From Fimicolochytrium jonesii (taxonomy: Eukaryota), in contig NW_026515671.1 of assembly GCF_025526975.1 (NCBI RefSeq), positions 930,001 through 994,000 of the forward strand: 64,000 bases of DNA, in the 5' to 3' direction. The stretch's first letter is position 1. Each line of letters starts with the position of its first letter. Both the position numbers and the translations under genes were made by a program. Below the pieces are notes generated by a model, which worked only from the letters and a program-made list of their open reading frames with translations, had not been told where the DNA came from and did not search any database. Positions 23,959-36,566 of this stretch are shown one piece after another.

Positions 23959-25160
23959 CTACTCCGCGGAAGTCTCCGTCCAAGAACTAAGCTTCCACGG
24001 CTTGAAAGGGTTGTCGACGGAGTTCACAGAAGAGGCCAGCTCTGGGAAGTGCCGTGAGATCAACCCCTTGAAGTTGCCCTGTGTCTCGATGTACTTGATA
24101 CCCTCCGCGGTGTATATCTCGGGTTTGTAGTCGTCAGTCAAGAAACGATCCGTGAACAATCGCCGGGAAGCCATGAGGATGAAGATGTGGAACGCCGTGT
24201 CACCGAACCCGTAACCGTCTGGTCTCGGCTCCTCTGCCAGTGTGCCGACGAGGAGGTCGACGTCTTCGGGAACTCGGTAAACGGACTGCAGGAGGGCTTG
24301 GACCTTCTTGTCCGGGTTGATGTCCGCGAAGGTCTTGAAGTCTGGTTTGAGCCCGATCTCGCGATGGACTGAGGGTATTTCAAAAAATCAAGATGATTCG
24401 AGACGTTAGTTCCGGGCCGGAAAGAGCTATTAGCTTTCAAGCTACTTTCTTACATTGCAAGTATCGGGGTATTCCACGCTCGCGATCGCGGTAGATTTCG
24501 GTGGTCGCCATATCGATGATATAGGGTTCATTTGGCTTGGTAAGATTCATCAACCACGCCTGAGGGAAGGAAATTTACAATCCATGGCTGGGGTTTGCCG
24601 TTCCGCCTGGTGACCACCCCAATAGGTGGCTCCCGACGGAACGGCTTCGCGGGCAAAACCGCGCACGCATATATTAGCAACACCGCATATACATACATCC
24701 ATCGCAAACAAGGGAGGGTGGGTAGCTGATTGAATTGCTATCTGCGTTGCTTTTCCAGTGAGGAGGAAAGAAAAGAACGAACTTGAAGGCCTTTAGATAC
24801 TACGGCCGTGCCAGCAACACAAATGGGTCACGTGGCTCCACGTGCACCCCACTTTCTGGGCATTGCCCATTACGATTGTCAACATCGGAAAGTTGCAATT
24901 TTCATCGTTGTTTGTTCACTCACCGGGTAGATGTTGCGCGGAAGAGCACCGGGATTAGCTGTCCCAAACTTGTAAACAACATTGGCCAGCTTATTTTCGG
25001 CGATCATTCGGCGGCCTCCTTTGAGAGTGATTGACGGCAAATCGTACACACGACCGGACAACTTCTTGGATTGCGCATCCCGAATCTCGATTGTATCGGG
25101 TGTCAATGAATGCAGACAGTAGACAGCGGTGAATTCCTCCGTCAGTGAGAAGGGCTGCAT
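23959..25160 (-). pseudogene. Alpha-dioxygenase-like haem peroxidase (peroxidase-cyclooxygenase superfamily), 5'-truncated pseudogene
   Basis: PFSLTEEFTAVYCLHSL, NIYP|AWLMNL across intron 24923-24560, EIYRDRERGIPRY, DVDLLVGTLAE, FILMASRRLFTDRF, NPFKPW. Confidence 0.85.
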
Positions 25161-25182
25161 GGGAAAGAAGGTTATATCAGCG

Positions 25183-25655
25183 CTAGAGCCTCATGCGTGC
25201 GCACCACTCATGGGTGTACTGATGATTAGCATGTTGAGGCTTTCGAGAAATTTCATCGAGATAATCCGAATATGGATCTTTGCATAGCGCTTTTTTCCAT
25301 TCTTCTTCTGAGCAGGTAGGGGAATTTTGTGGATCCTCTGTCGTAGCATTGGAGGAAGGTTCGTTGACAAGCATGTTGCTGATCTGCGTATGCATGTTGA
25401 GGCGTCGTTGACAATCTACACACCGAGGCGCATAGATTGGATTGCGGGAGAGCATGTCGGCAATATGATTCCATTGTCCAGGGAAATACTGGATGTCAAA
25501 ATCATACTCTTGTAGCTTCTCCACCCAATTGGCTTGTCTTCTGCTCAAATGGGGTTGCGTTTGAATGAATTCGAGTGCCTTGTGATCGCTAAAACATTGG
25601 AAGTAACGACCGATGAGATATGGTCGATTGGCCCAACATCTTGACAAGAGCTAAT
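25183..25655 (-). mobile_element. Gypsy RNase H fragment
   Basis: FSDHKALEFIQTQPHLSRRQANWVEKLQEYDFDIQY..G..NHIADMLSR. Confidence 0.85.
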
Positions 25656-27637
25656 TGTTGGGGATATCTCATCTTCACTTGTATTTCATATTATACCTCT
25701 TTACTTCTACTTCATCCGAGACCCGGGCTGGCCACCCGAGCTCTCGGTGATACATTACATAAGGCGCCAAGCCTCATTGAAGCCACGCAAGCCCCACTGG
25801 CAGCCCATATATAAAGCGGTCAGTCGAGCGGCCGCTGCGAAGAGCTTCTTACTTTTTTCTTCACTACAATACACTGCTCTCAGCCCTCTCGGAAGGGCCC
25901 AATATCGTCTATGTTTCCTCTGACGTTACATGGTAGCACCACCTACCGCTAGCATCACCAAGAGATTCCTCGTCAACGTCGCCCCTCTACCGGACGTCGC
26001 CCTTACACTCGTTCACAAGCAAGAATGGACCACCAAACTCAAGCTATCGTTGCGGCTGTCGCAGCTGCTTTCGCTTCTTGGGGGCGTGCTGTTACGCAAG
26101 ACACCCAACAAGCCGAGCGTTTCAGACTTCTTATGGACGCTCGCAAGAACAAGCTTGTCGAATACGATCGCGCCAAAGCTGCCAAAGAGATCGAAGAGTT
26201 TGTTACGTCTCACATCAACTCCCTCGAGTCTCTCACTGTCCCGGCTGTACAAGCTGGACCAGACGGTACTGGAACTGCCACTGCCATAGCCTTTAATATG
26301 GCAGAGTACGCTCCTACGCTCACTACCTACCTCAAGGGTACTGCTCTTGAGTGGTACAATACAACTTACGCCGCCGGCGCTCCCGTGAGTTGGACAGCTT
26401 TTCAAACGGCTCTTGTCGCTCACTTTTATCCACGCAACTTGCGTAATACTATTGAGCTCAAGCTTTCTGGCCTCAAGCTTGGTGACTCTCTCGAAAAATA
26501 TATCAAGGAGTTTCAAGACACCAATAATGAGCTCGAAGCCGCTCATTGTCTCGATAACACTCAAGGCACCACTCCCCTTATCGATCAGATTCGATACTTC
26601 AAGGCCGGTCTGCTCAAGAATACAGTAATCAGTCATTATCTCGCTGAAGCCGTTACGACCTTCGAAGTCACGAGCACTACCAACATCAACACCCCTATCA
26701 CGCTCGATCAAGCTATCACTGCAGCGCGTCGTGCTCATGTGGCTCATGGGTTCACTGACGGCTACCAAGCCAATACACCTCGTCCGATGTCCTTGGCAAC
26801 AAGTTCTCGTGACGGCCGTGGAGCCAGTTGCGGTCGAGGTAGTCGTGGCGGTGGTCGTGGTGGACGATACGCCCCTTACACCAATCCTCGAATTACGGAA
26901 TTTGAGCAAGACTTAGATGATATGACCTTTGGGCTCAATGCCCTTGGTACGTCATACTATCCCCCTGGAGTGAGTCGTATCACTACAGGTCAAGTTCCCT
27001 ACCAACGTCAACAGCCCTTTCGCCGACGTGGACACTGGCAAGCTACTCACGGTCCTCGTCAACGTCCAACGACTCCCTGTCCCCTTTGTAACAAAATGGG
27101 ACATTGGAGAGTTGAATGCTGGTCAAATCCCGAAAAATTGACAGCAAGGCTCGCAAACCCAGAAGCGACGCGGTGGTCTTCGACAGTGCGGTTGTGGCGC
27201 TCAAACTCCGCAGCCCAGTTGCCAACCTAATCAACAACAAGGTTCAGCCAATCAGGTTGATGCTGGGTCATGCATTACGGAAATTCTTGATGACGCCGTC
27301 AACTCAGCGAATACTACGAATACTACTAAAAATCAAGCTTCGAGTTTTTTCCAAGGTCGATAGAGCCCCTCGTTAGCTCTGCTCGGCCTACCACATACGA
27401 TCCTACCAATAAACCTGCCTTCGAACCACTGTCTGCTGGACTCAGGGTCTCTCATTGTCGCATCGGAAACAAGTTTACTCGTGTTCTTTTTGATAGCGGC
27501 GCTACTGGGTTATTCCTTGACAAGACATTCGTCGAAAAGCACAAATTTCCCAAGAAACGTATCGAACCGAAGCAGATATGGCTGGCCAACAAAGAATCAT
27601 ACATGATTCTCGACACAGTTGTTTCGGAAAAGTTAGA
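25656..27637 (+). mobile_element. 5' half of family B gypsy element: LTR 25656-25930, PBS, gag 26025-27230, protease
   Basis: TGTTG...TTACA then PBS TGGTAGCACCA; CPLCNKMGHWRVEC knuckle; VLFDSGAT. Confidence 0.9.
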
Positions 27638-28953
27638 TTTCCCCTTTGCTCGTTGAAAGAATTGTCAGATCATCAACGTAGACGGCAATGATGATAAAAC
27701 CTCGGCCAATGCGCTTTATGTAAAGAGCATAGTCTGGTTTGGAAACGTTGAAGCCTTTTTCTCGGAGGTAAGCGTCCAACACCTTATTCCATAACTGAGG
27801 TGACTGTTTCAGCCCGTATAGGGAACGTTTGAGTTTCACTGTTGTCCCGTCTGGTAGGCGAAGGTATTTTACGGTGTCAAGGTTCCCATTCAGGAATGCG
27901 GCCTTTACATCCATCTGATGGATCTCCAAGTCGTGTGACGCTGCGATGGCTAACAACATCCGCAACGTATTAAACTTCACGACGGGCGCAAACGTTTGGT
28001 GGTAATCTATTCCCTCTCTTTGCGTAAATCCTCTGGCTACTAAACGTGCCTTGAACTGCTTGATAGAATTGTCAGGATTGCGCTTTACTTTAAAGACCCA
28101 TTTGGAATCTACTGTGTGTCCAGTGTTTTTCTGATCAGACGATTCCCAAGTTCCGTTCTTTGCGTGAGAGGCAAGTTCTTCTTCCATAGCGGCTTGCCAT
28201 TCGCGTGAGTATGGGGATTTCATAGCGGCTTGCAGTGTGGTGGGTTTATCTGTGTCCACCGTAGCTACCAGGAGTTCCGCTCCTGTGTACTGACCACCGT
28301 CGTCTTCGGCCCCCAAAAACTCAGATAACGCTACTGCGTCTTTTACAAATTCGTAGGGTTCCATGTGGGGTCGTCAAAACCTTCCCACTTGACGAGGTAC
28401 TCCTTCTCCCCCAAATCTCCATCTCCACTCGATAAGAGTATTTTCTCAATGGCGTATTCTGCAGGGTCTTCTGATCCAGGAGCGACGGATTCGCTACGAC
28501 TGTTTTCTTTGTTGAAGGTTACATCCTGAGACTCAAATATCTCGAGCATATCTTCATCAATGAGACGATAAGTGTCATGTTTAGTGGCATGATACCCAAG
28601 TAAACGCAACGGACCTAGTGCCCAGGCGAAAGTTTACTTCTCCTCTTCTGTTTAGGGATGTGGAGGAACGCCTCACTCAACGGTGTCCGCAAAGTCAATA
28701 TATCCGCTGATTTCCCATACCATTTGTGGTATGGAGTTGTGCCAGTAGCACTGGCCGGTGTCCTTTGTCTGAGGTAATTCACCAAAACGGCAAATTCATT
28801 CCAAAGGTTTTCTGGCACGTTACTCATCCACATTATGGTGCGAACTTGATCCATAACTGTTCGATTGAACCGTTCCGCAATACCATTTTGTTGGGAGGAG
28901 TACGGCTGTGTCCGGACTAGCGAAATCCCGGCTTCTTTGAGTTCATCCAGCAT
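27638..28953 (-). mobile_element. Ty1/copia pol fragment: integrase - chromodomain - RT
   Basis: PYSSQQNGIAERFNRT integrase; WVFKVK..KARLVARGFTQ, HQMDVKAAFLNG, SLYGLKQSP, VYVDD RT; INT precedes RT (copia order). Confidence 0.92.
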
Positions 28954-31900
28954 TGTTATGGACAACGCGCCCATACCATAAGCTTACCTACTGACAGCCG
29001 CCAATGTCAACCGCCAAATGTCAAACGCCAATGTCAATGTCAATGTCAGTGTCAATGTCAGTGTCAATGCCAATGTCAATGCCACTCCCCCTCTCTCCTC
29101 TCATTTCGCCAATCCTCTTGCAATATCGCCACTCCTCCTCTCTCCTCTCATTTCGCCAATCCCCCCCTTGGCTTCTCCACACCCCCCACTGCTTCCCCAT
29201 AGCCAGCAGCTGTAGCAATGCTCTCTACGCTCGCCACGCACGCTCTAGGAGCATAGCTGGCGCCCCCCAGTCCCCTGTTGTTGTTGTTGTTCTCTGATCT
29301 GCTGGGTTGCCTATCTATAAATAGCCGGCCTCTCTTCGTCCATTCCCTTCCTCCCCAGCAGATCAACACCAGTTCTTCTCATCTCCTGTTCTAGTCCTTG
29401 TTTATTGTTTCGCCAATACAATCTCTTGTCGCCTGTCACACTCGCCCTGTCTTCTCTACTTCGCTTCCGCCCCCATTGTCGAGATCATAACAGTTTGATC
29501 TGCTCCAACACTGCGAAGTTCAGAACCTGTCCAGCCCTGCATCCGACAAACCTTTTTCGCCATGTCCCAACCCGAATCCGTACCTTTCACCGCCAAGCAA
29601 TGGAACGATATGTGCCAAGCCATCGCCGCCTTGCAAAGCCAAAACGCCAACTTGCAGGCCAACCTAGCGCAAGCCCAAGCCGACGCACAAGCTGCCCAGA
29701 GCATCGCCGCCCAGGTTCAAGCCGATACGTACACCCGTCCCCAAGTCGCCAACCCTGCTCTGGAGCCAAGAATCAGCTCGCCCGAGAAGTTTGATGGTAC
29801 CCGCAGCAAATTCCGTGGGTGGTTGAACAACATCCAGTTGATGTTTGCTCTCCAGCCCGACCGCTACCCCAGCGACATCATCAAGATCCAAACTATTGGC
29901 ACCTACCTCACCGGCACTGCGCAAGCCTGGATGGCGCCCCTAGTCGAACGCCAAGATCACAGCCTTCAGGACTTCAATAGTTTTATCAGTCAGATGCAAT
30001 CGGTCTTCGGAGACAGCGACAGGGTCCGCACCTCTGAAAACAAGCTCCAGAACCTTCGCCAAACCCGTGCAGCAACCGAGTACGTCGCTGAGTTCCGCCA
30101 GCTACAATGCGATGTCTCCTGGAACGACCAGGCCCTGATTGCTACCTTCCGCCGTGGCCTCAAAGAGGACGTCAAGGACCTGATGCTCACAATGCCCCCT
30201 GCTGTCCACCATTGATATGGTGATGGAGCAGGCTATCCAGTGCGATAACCGGCTGTTTGAGCGCCGCCTGGAGCGAAACAGAAGCCGCCAGACCTTCCTG
30301 GTTCCCCACACCTCAGTTTACTACTACCACCACTGTCGACCACAGCGAGCCTATGCAGATTGACGCCGCTCGTCCCCGCGGCCCTCTGAGCCCTCAGGAA
30401 CGCCAACGCCGCATTTCCAACAACCTCTGCCTTTACTGCGGTGGCGCGGGGCACATTGCAAAAGTCTGCCCCGTCAAGAACAAGACCACCACCCGTGCCG
30501 CCAATGTCGACATGAAAGAACCCTCCACCGAACAGGGTTTTCCCAAAGTCCAGCCGCAGTAAAGCCCCAGCGACTGGACAACACACACCGCCCCGGGCCT
30601 CCTAACCTCGCAGCTCCTGCAACGGGAGAGGCCACCCCCCTGGTTCCCGACTCCGTTATAGCTGACACAACCCTCCTAGCCGCTGCCCATGTCGAAAACT
30701 CCGAAATTAACCCCCGCGCCATGCTTGCGCTGGGTCCCATCGAACCCTTCAACTACCCCGTTACCATCATGGTATCATCCAGCCGCGCCCCGATACCTAC
30801 CTCAGCCATGATCGACAACGGTGCCCTGTCCTGCTTCATCGACAGAGACTTTGCCCGCAAACACCGCATCGCCCTAGTCCCGCATCAGCGTCCACTGACG
30901 ATCGAACTCGTTGACTGTCAACCCAGCTCTGCTGGGCCAATCACCCATCACACCCAACCAGTAGGCATGTGGGTCGACGACCACTTCGAAGAACTCGTCT
31001 TCCATGTCACCAAATCACCCCATGCTCCAATCCTCCTTGGTCTTCCCTGGCTCCGCCTCCACGACATTAACCTTGACTTCAAGAACCTTTCGGTCGGTTT
31101 CCGTTGCGACTGTCTGTACCATGAATTCGCGAATTGGGACAACTCTCCAGCACCCCTGAGCCCAGCACCCGCCAGAACCCCCGAGCCCTTGATCCGCATC
31201 CCCCAGGATGAAGTCCCCGTCGACGAAACATGGTCGATTCCAGTACCCAAGGTATCTCGCTCCAGCACCCCAGAACCGGCTCCCACGCCGCTCCGAGTCT
31301 CGTTCATCTCCGCCCCAGCCTTCCAGGTCGCAGCAAGGCATGACCAGGTCTTTGTTGCCTACGCCAACCCTGCGAAACCCGATCTCCCAGCCTCGCCTAG
31401 CCCCAGTAACCCCCCGACACCCGAGAAAGACATCAAAGACTTCCTGCCCCCCGAGTATCAGACTTCGCCGACGTTTCGAAAAGAGAAATGCTGACACTCT
31501 CCCCGAGCACCGGCCCTACGACTGTCCAATCGATCTGGAAGAAGGCAAGCAGCCACCTTTCGGCCCGATCTACAGCCTCAGCGAACCAGAAATGAAGGCA
31601 CTCTGCGAATACCTCGAAGAAAACCTCGCCAAAGGATTCATCCAACCCTCAAAGTCCCCTGCCGGTGCGCCAGTCTTATTCGTGAAAAAAAGGACGGTTC
31701 TCTCCCCCTCTGCGTGGATTATCGAGGCCTGAACAGCATCACGGTGAAGAATCGCTACCCCCTGCCCCTGATCAACGGTATCATGGATCGTCTGCGCGGT
31801 GCCCGCCGTCTCACCAAGATCGACCTCCGCGGTGCTTATAACCTCTTATGCATGCGCCCGGGCGATGAATGGAAGACCGCCTTCCGCTGCCGCTATGGCC

Positions 31901-34900
31901 TATTCGAATACAACGTCATGCCCTTTGGACTCAGCAATGCTCCTGGCGTTTTCCAGTACCTGATGAACAACATCTTCCGCGACATTCTCGATGTGTTTCT
32001 TGTTGTCTACCTTGATGATATCCTGATATTCTCCAAGAACCCCGAAGATCTCCCCAAGCATGTCCGCGAAGTCTTGTCCCGCCTCCGCCAGCATGGGTTG
32101 TACGCCAAACCAGAGAAGTGCGAATTCAACCGCAAATCCGTCGAGTTCCTAGGCTTCATCATCTGCGAGAAAGGCATCCAGATGGACCCCAAGAAGATCG
32201 CTGCCATTACGGATTGGGAGCCTCCCAAGAATGTCAACGGCGTCCAGCGTTTCCTCGGCTTTGCCAACTTTTATCGCCGATTCATCCAAGGTTACTCCAA
32301 GATTGCTACCTCGCTCACAGCCCTGACCCGGAAAGACATCCCGTACGCCTGGACACCCGCCGCAAACACCGCCTTTGAGAACCTGAAGAAAGCATTCACC
32401 ACCGCCCCCATCCTTGCTCACCCTGACCCAGAGAAGCCCTTCGTCGTCGAAACGGACGCCTCCGACTTCGCTCTTGGCGCAGTTCTCCTCCAACCTGACC
32501 AGGACAATCAGCTCCACCCCGTGGCCTTCCACTCTCGCAAATTCACGGCCAAAGAGATCAACTACGAGATCTACAACAAGGAACTTCTGGCCATCCAAGA
32601 CTCCTTTGCCCAGTGGCGACACCATCTCATTGGCGCCCGTCACAAGATCACCGTTTACTCCGACCATAAAAACCTTCAGTACTTCATGACCACCCGCACC
32701 CTGAACCGCCGCCAAGCCCGCTGGTCGATATTCTTCTCGGATCTTTGACTTTGTCATTACCTATCGCCCCGGTTCCCAGCAGCACCAAGCCGATGCCCTC
32801 TCCCGACGCTCCGAACATGAGCTAAAAAATGGGGAAGAAGCGTTCCGCTCCCAGGCAACCACAATTTTGACTCCCGAATGCCTTCGACTCGCCGCGGCCT
32901 GCCTCACACCCATGGATACCATGCTTCTTGACATGATTAAGGCTGCCCAGGCCTCTGATCCCCTCGCTAAGGCCATCCGCGAAGAGCTCAAGATACCCCT
33001 CGCCCAACGGACTGACGAAACCCAAGATCGTATCAAACGGTTCTCAGATGAAGAAGGAATCCTGCTGCACGATAACCTTGTCTATGTCCCCACCAACAAG
33101 CTCCGAGCTGAAGTCTGCCATGACATGCACGATACACCCCTAGCCGGCCACTTTGGGATGTCCAAGACGCTCGAACTCGCCTCCCGCAACTACTGGTGGC
33201 CCAGCCAGTGGCGCTTCGTCAAGGCTTACGTCAAGTCCTGCGATACCTGTAGCCAAGCGAAATCCAGTCGACACAAACCATATGGCCTACTCCAGCCCAA
33301 CAGTATCCCTACCCGCCCTTGGGGATCTTGGTCCCTGGACTTTATCACCGGTCTGCCTCCCGTGGACGGGTACAACTCCATCCTGAACGTCAACTCTTGC
33401 CTCACCAAGATGGCCCACTTCGTTGCCTGCAGCGAGTCAGAATCTGCCGAATCCACCGCCGACCTAGTCTTCCACAACATCATCCGTCTCCACGGCCTCC
33501 CCAACGACGTCATCTCTGACCGAGGACCCCAGTTTAAGTCCCGGTTCTGGCGTCGACTTCTCAAACTCCTTGGGGCAAAAGCCAACCTCTCCTCGGCCTT
33601 CCACCCCCAGAGCGATGGCCAGACGGAACGCACCAACCAGATCCTGGAGCAGTATCTCCGATGCTTTTGCAACCACCAACAGGACAACTGGAAACAGCTT
33701 CTGTCGTCCGCCGAGTTCGCCTACAACAACACCCACCAGTCCGCCTCCCAGACCACCCCCTTCTACGCCAACAAGGGTCTCCACCCCCGCTTCAGTTTCG
33801 CGGCCTCCGCTACCTCCGAATCCGTCAACCCCGCCGCTGAAGCCCGCGCTAAACAAATCAGGGAAGTCCATGAACTGCTCGCCTTCGAGCTCAAGGAAGC
33901 CCAAGATCAAATGAGGCGCTACGGCGACGCTAGACGAATTCCTGGACCGGACTTCAAGCCTGGCGACCACGTCTGGCTCCTCCGCAAAAACCTCTAGACA
34001 ACCCGGCCCTCTCAGAAACTCGACCATCGCAAGATTGGGCCATTCCCCATCGTTGAAAAAATCAATCCCGTCGCCTACCAGCTCAAGCTCCCGCCTACGT
34101 ACAAAATCCACGATGTCTTCCATGTCTCGCTCCTCGAACCCCGCTTCACCATCCCCAAACGACACGAACCCGAACCCGCGCCCCCAGAGACCGTTGAGGG
34201 TCAAGAAGAGTGGGTTGTCGAAGCCATCCTTGACTCTCGCATCCATTGTCGTCGCCTTCAGTACTTGGTCAAATGGCAGGGCTGGCCTGACTCCGAGAAC
34301 ACCTGGGAGCCCGTGGAACACCTCACCCATACCGATGCACTCCTCCAGGACTTCCACAGCGCGTACCCCAACAAGCCTTCCTCTGTCCCTGTAGCACCTC
34401 CTCTGCGGCCACACCAACCTCGACGCCGCCGCCGCCGCCGCTAAAGAGAGGGGTGATGTTATGGACGACGGGCCCATACCATAAGCTTACCTACTGACAG
34501 CCGCCAATGTCAACCGCCAAATGCCAAACGCCCATGTCAATGTCAATGTCAGTGTCAATGTCAGTGTCAATGTCAATGTCAATGCCACTCCCCCTCTCTC
34601 CTCTCATTTCGCCAATCCTCTTGCAATATCGCCACTCCTCCTCTCTCCTCTCATTTCGCCAATCCCCCCTTGGCTTCTCCACACCCCCCACTGCTTCCCC
34701 ATAGCCAGCAGCTGTAGCAATGCTCTCTACGCTCGCCACGCACGCTCTAGGAGCATAGCTGGCGCCCCCCAGTCCACTCTTGTTGTTGTTGTTCTCTGAT
34801 CTGCTGGGTTGCCTATGTATAAATAGCCGGCCCCTCTTCGTCCATTCCCTTCCTCCCCAGCAGATCAACACCAGTTCTTCTCATCTCCTGTTCTAGTCCT

Positions 34901-34994
34901 TGTTTCTTGTTTCGCCAATACAATCTCTTGTCGCCTATCACACTCGCCCTGTCTTCTCTACTTCGCTCCCGCCCCCGTCGTCGAGATCATAACA
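28954..34994 (+). mobile_element. Full-length Tf1/sushi-like gypsy chromovirus, family A (LTRs 28954-29492 and 34457-34994), with several frameshifts and stops
   Basis: ~539-bp LTRs differing at roughly 15 sites; [81 protein letters not shown]. Confidence 0.96.
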
Positions 34995-36362
34995 ATTTGG
35001 AAGCAATATCTCAACTACAACGTAAGCAATTGGAAGAAACTATTGCCTTTAATCGAATTCGCATACAACACTGCTCGGAGGGAGGAATATGAAGGTTTAT
35101 CGCCATTCGAAGTAGATCACGGACGCTCTCCAATCCTCCCGGGTTGGAATCCAACACTCAAAGGACAAGAACTCAAACTTCGAGCTGTAGATCGAAACGA
35201 AATCGAACTCTTCAAGAAAGGGCAGGAAGATATTGCCCGGATCGTATGCGAACACCTTCAGAGGTCGCAAGATCAATTTGCACGTCAACACAACAAAGGT
35301 CGAACGCCAATCGCATACAGAATTGGCGACCTCGTCAATTTAAATCGACAAGGAATCAACCTAGAAGTAGACGCTCGAAGCGGACTTTGATACTCAGCTA
35401 CGTGGATCGAACCATTCAAAATCATCGCACAAGGAGCACATCCTGATACCTACAAACTCGATTTATCACCATCGAAGATCAGCGGCATCTGGCCCGTCTT
35501 TCACGTCGATATTTTACGACCACATCGCGAAGAGCAATATCCGCAACATACAGTTCCACAACCTCCTCCACCAGTCGAAGAACGCGGACAACCCAAATGG
35601 GTTGTAGAAGACATCATCGACGAGGGATGCGCCGTACGAAATCTTCTAGTCAAATGGCTCGGTTATCCTGACCCTACTTGGGAATGCGAATCAGCACTTC
35701 GCTCCACGCCTGCCTACAAACGATGGCGAAAAGCTCACCCACAATCTTTGTGGATACGGAAACGTACAGCATAGAGCATCTCATATCACATCACACGCGC
35801 GACGCCGCAAGAACCGCTCACTATCAATCACACCGCTGACAATAGCGACGTAAACTACATCACATCACGCGCGGCGACGCAAGAACCGACCTTACACACA
35901 CACATCACACACGATGTCGGCTTAGGGACGCCTCTGCCTCGAACACACACATCACACAGTGCGTCAACACTATAAAATGAACAAGTGCCTCAACACTTTA
36001 AAATGAACATGAGCTCTCCCTTTCTTCACATATCCCTTGTAGTTCACCTCTTATTTATTCGGCGCCCTCCTCAGGATCCGAGGGAGGTGTAGGGGATATC
36101 TCATCTTCACTTGTATTTCATATTATATCTCTTTACTTCTACTTGACCCGAGACCCGGGCTGGCCACCCGAGCTCTCGGTGATACATGACATAAGGCGCC
36201 AAGCCTCACTGAAGCCACGCAAGGCCCACTGGCACCCCATATATAGTGCTGTCAGTCGAGCGGCCGCTGCGAAAAGCTTCTCACTTTTTTCTTCACTACA
36301 ATACACTGCTCTCAGCCCTGTCGGAAGGGCCCAATATCGTCTACCTTTCCTCTGTTGTTACA
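34995..36362 (+). mobile_element. 3' part of family B gypsy element: integrase end, chromodomain, 3' UTR, PPT, LTR 36088-36362
   Basis: LPLIEFAYNT, WPVFHVDIL, WVVEDIID..LVKWLGYPDPTWE; PPT GAGGGAGG directly before the LTR. Confidence 0.88.
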
Positions 36363-36367
36363 GGGGT

Positions 36368-36566
36368 TGTTGGAGGTATCATCCTCCCAAGTCCCCGGTT
36401 AGGGTCCCCGTGGTTTATTTCCCCACGTGACTTCCCTCCCGCTTACGCCACGCTTCCGCGTACGGGACTTCACTCTTTTCTTCCCCTACGGACCTCGCGT
36501 CCTCTTTCTACTGAAGACTTATCTGTAAGACAATACATACTTCACAGTATTACATCACACACAACA
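36368..36566. mobile_element. Probable 199-bp LTR of a fourth family (D)
   Basis: TGTTG...CAACA inverted termini, preceded by GGGGT; single copy in this window. Confidence 0.5.

Noticed and set aside
29004..29297. MSMSMS/NVNVNV ORFs (also 34507-34799)
   Set aside because: Translations of the AATGTC microsatellite inside LTR A
33464..34477. 337-aa antisense ORF (and similar long antisense ORFs over GC-rich genes)
   Set aside because: Shadow of the codon-biased integrase on the opposite strand
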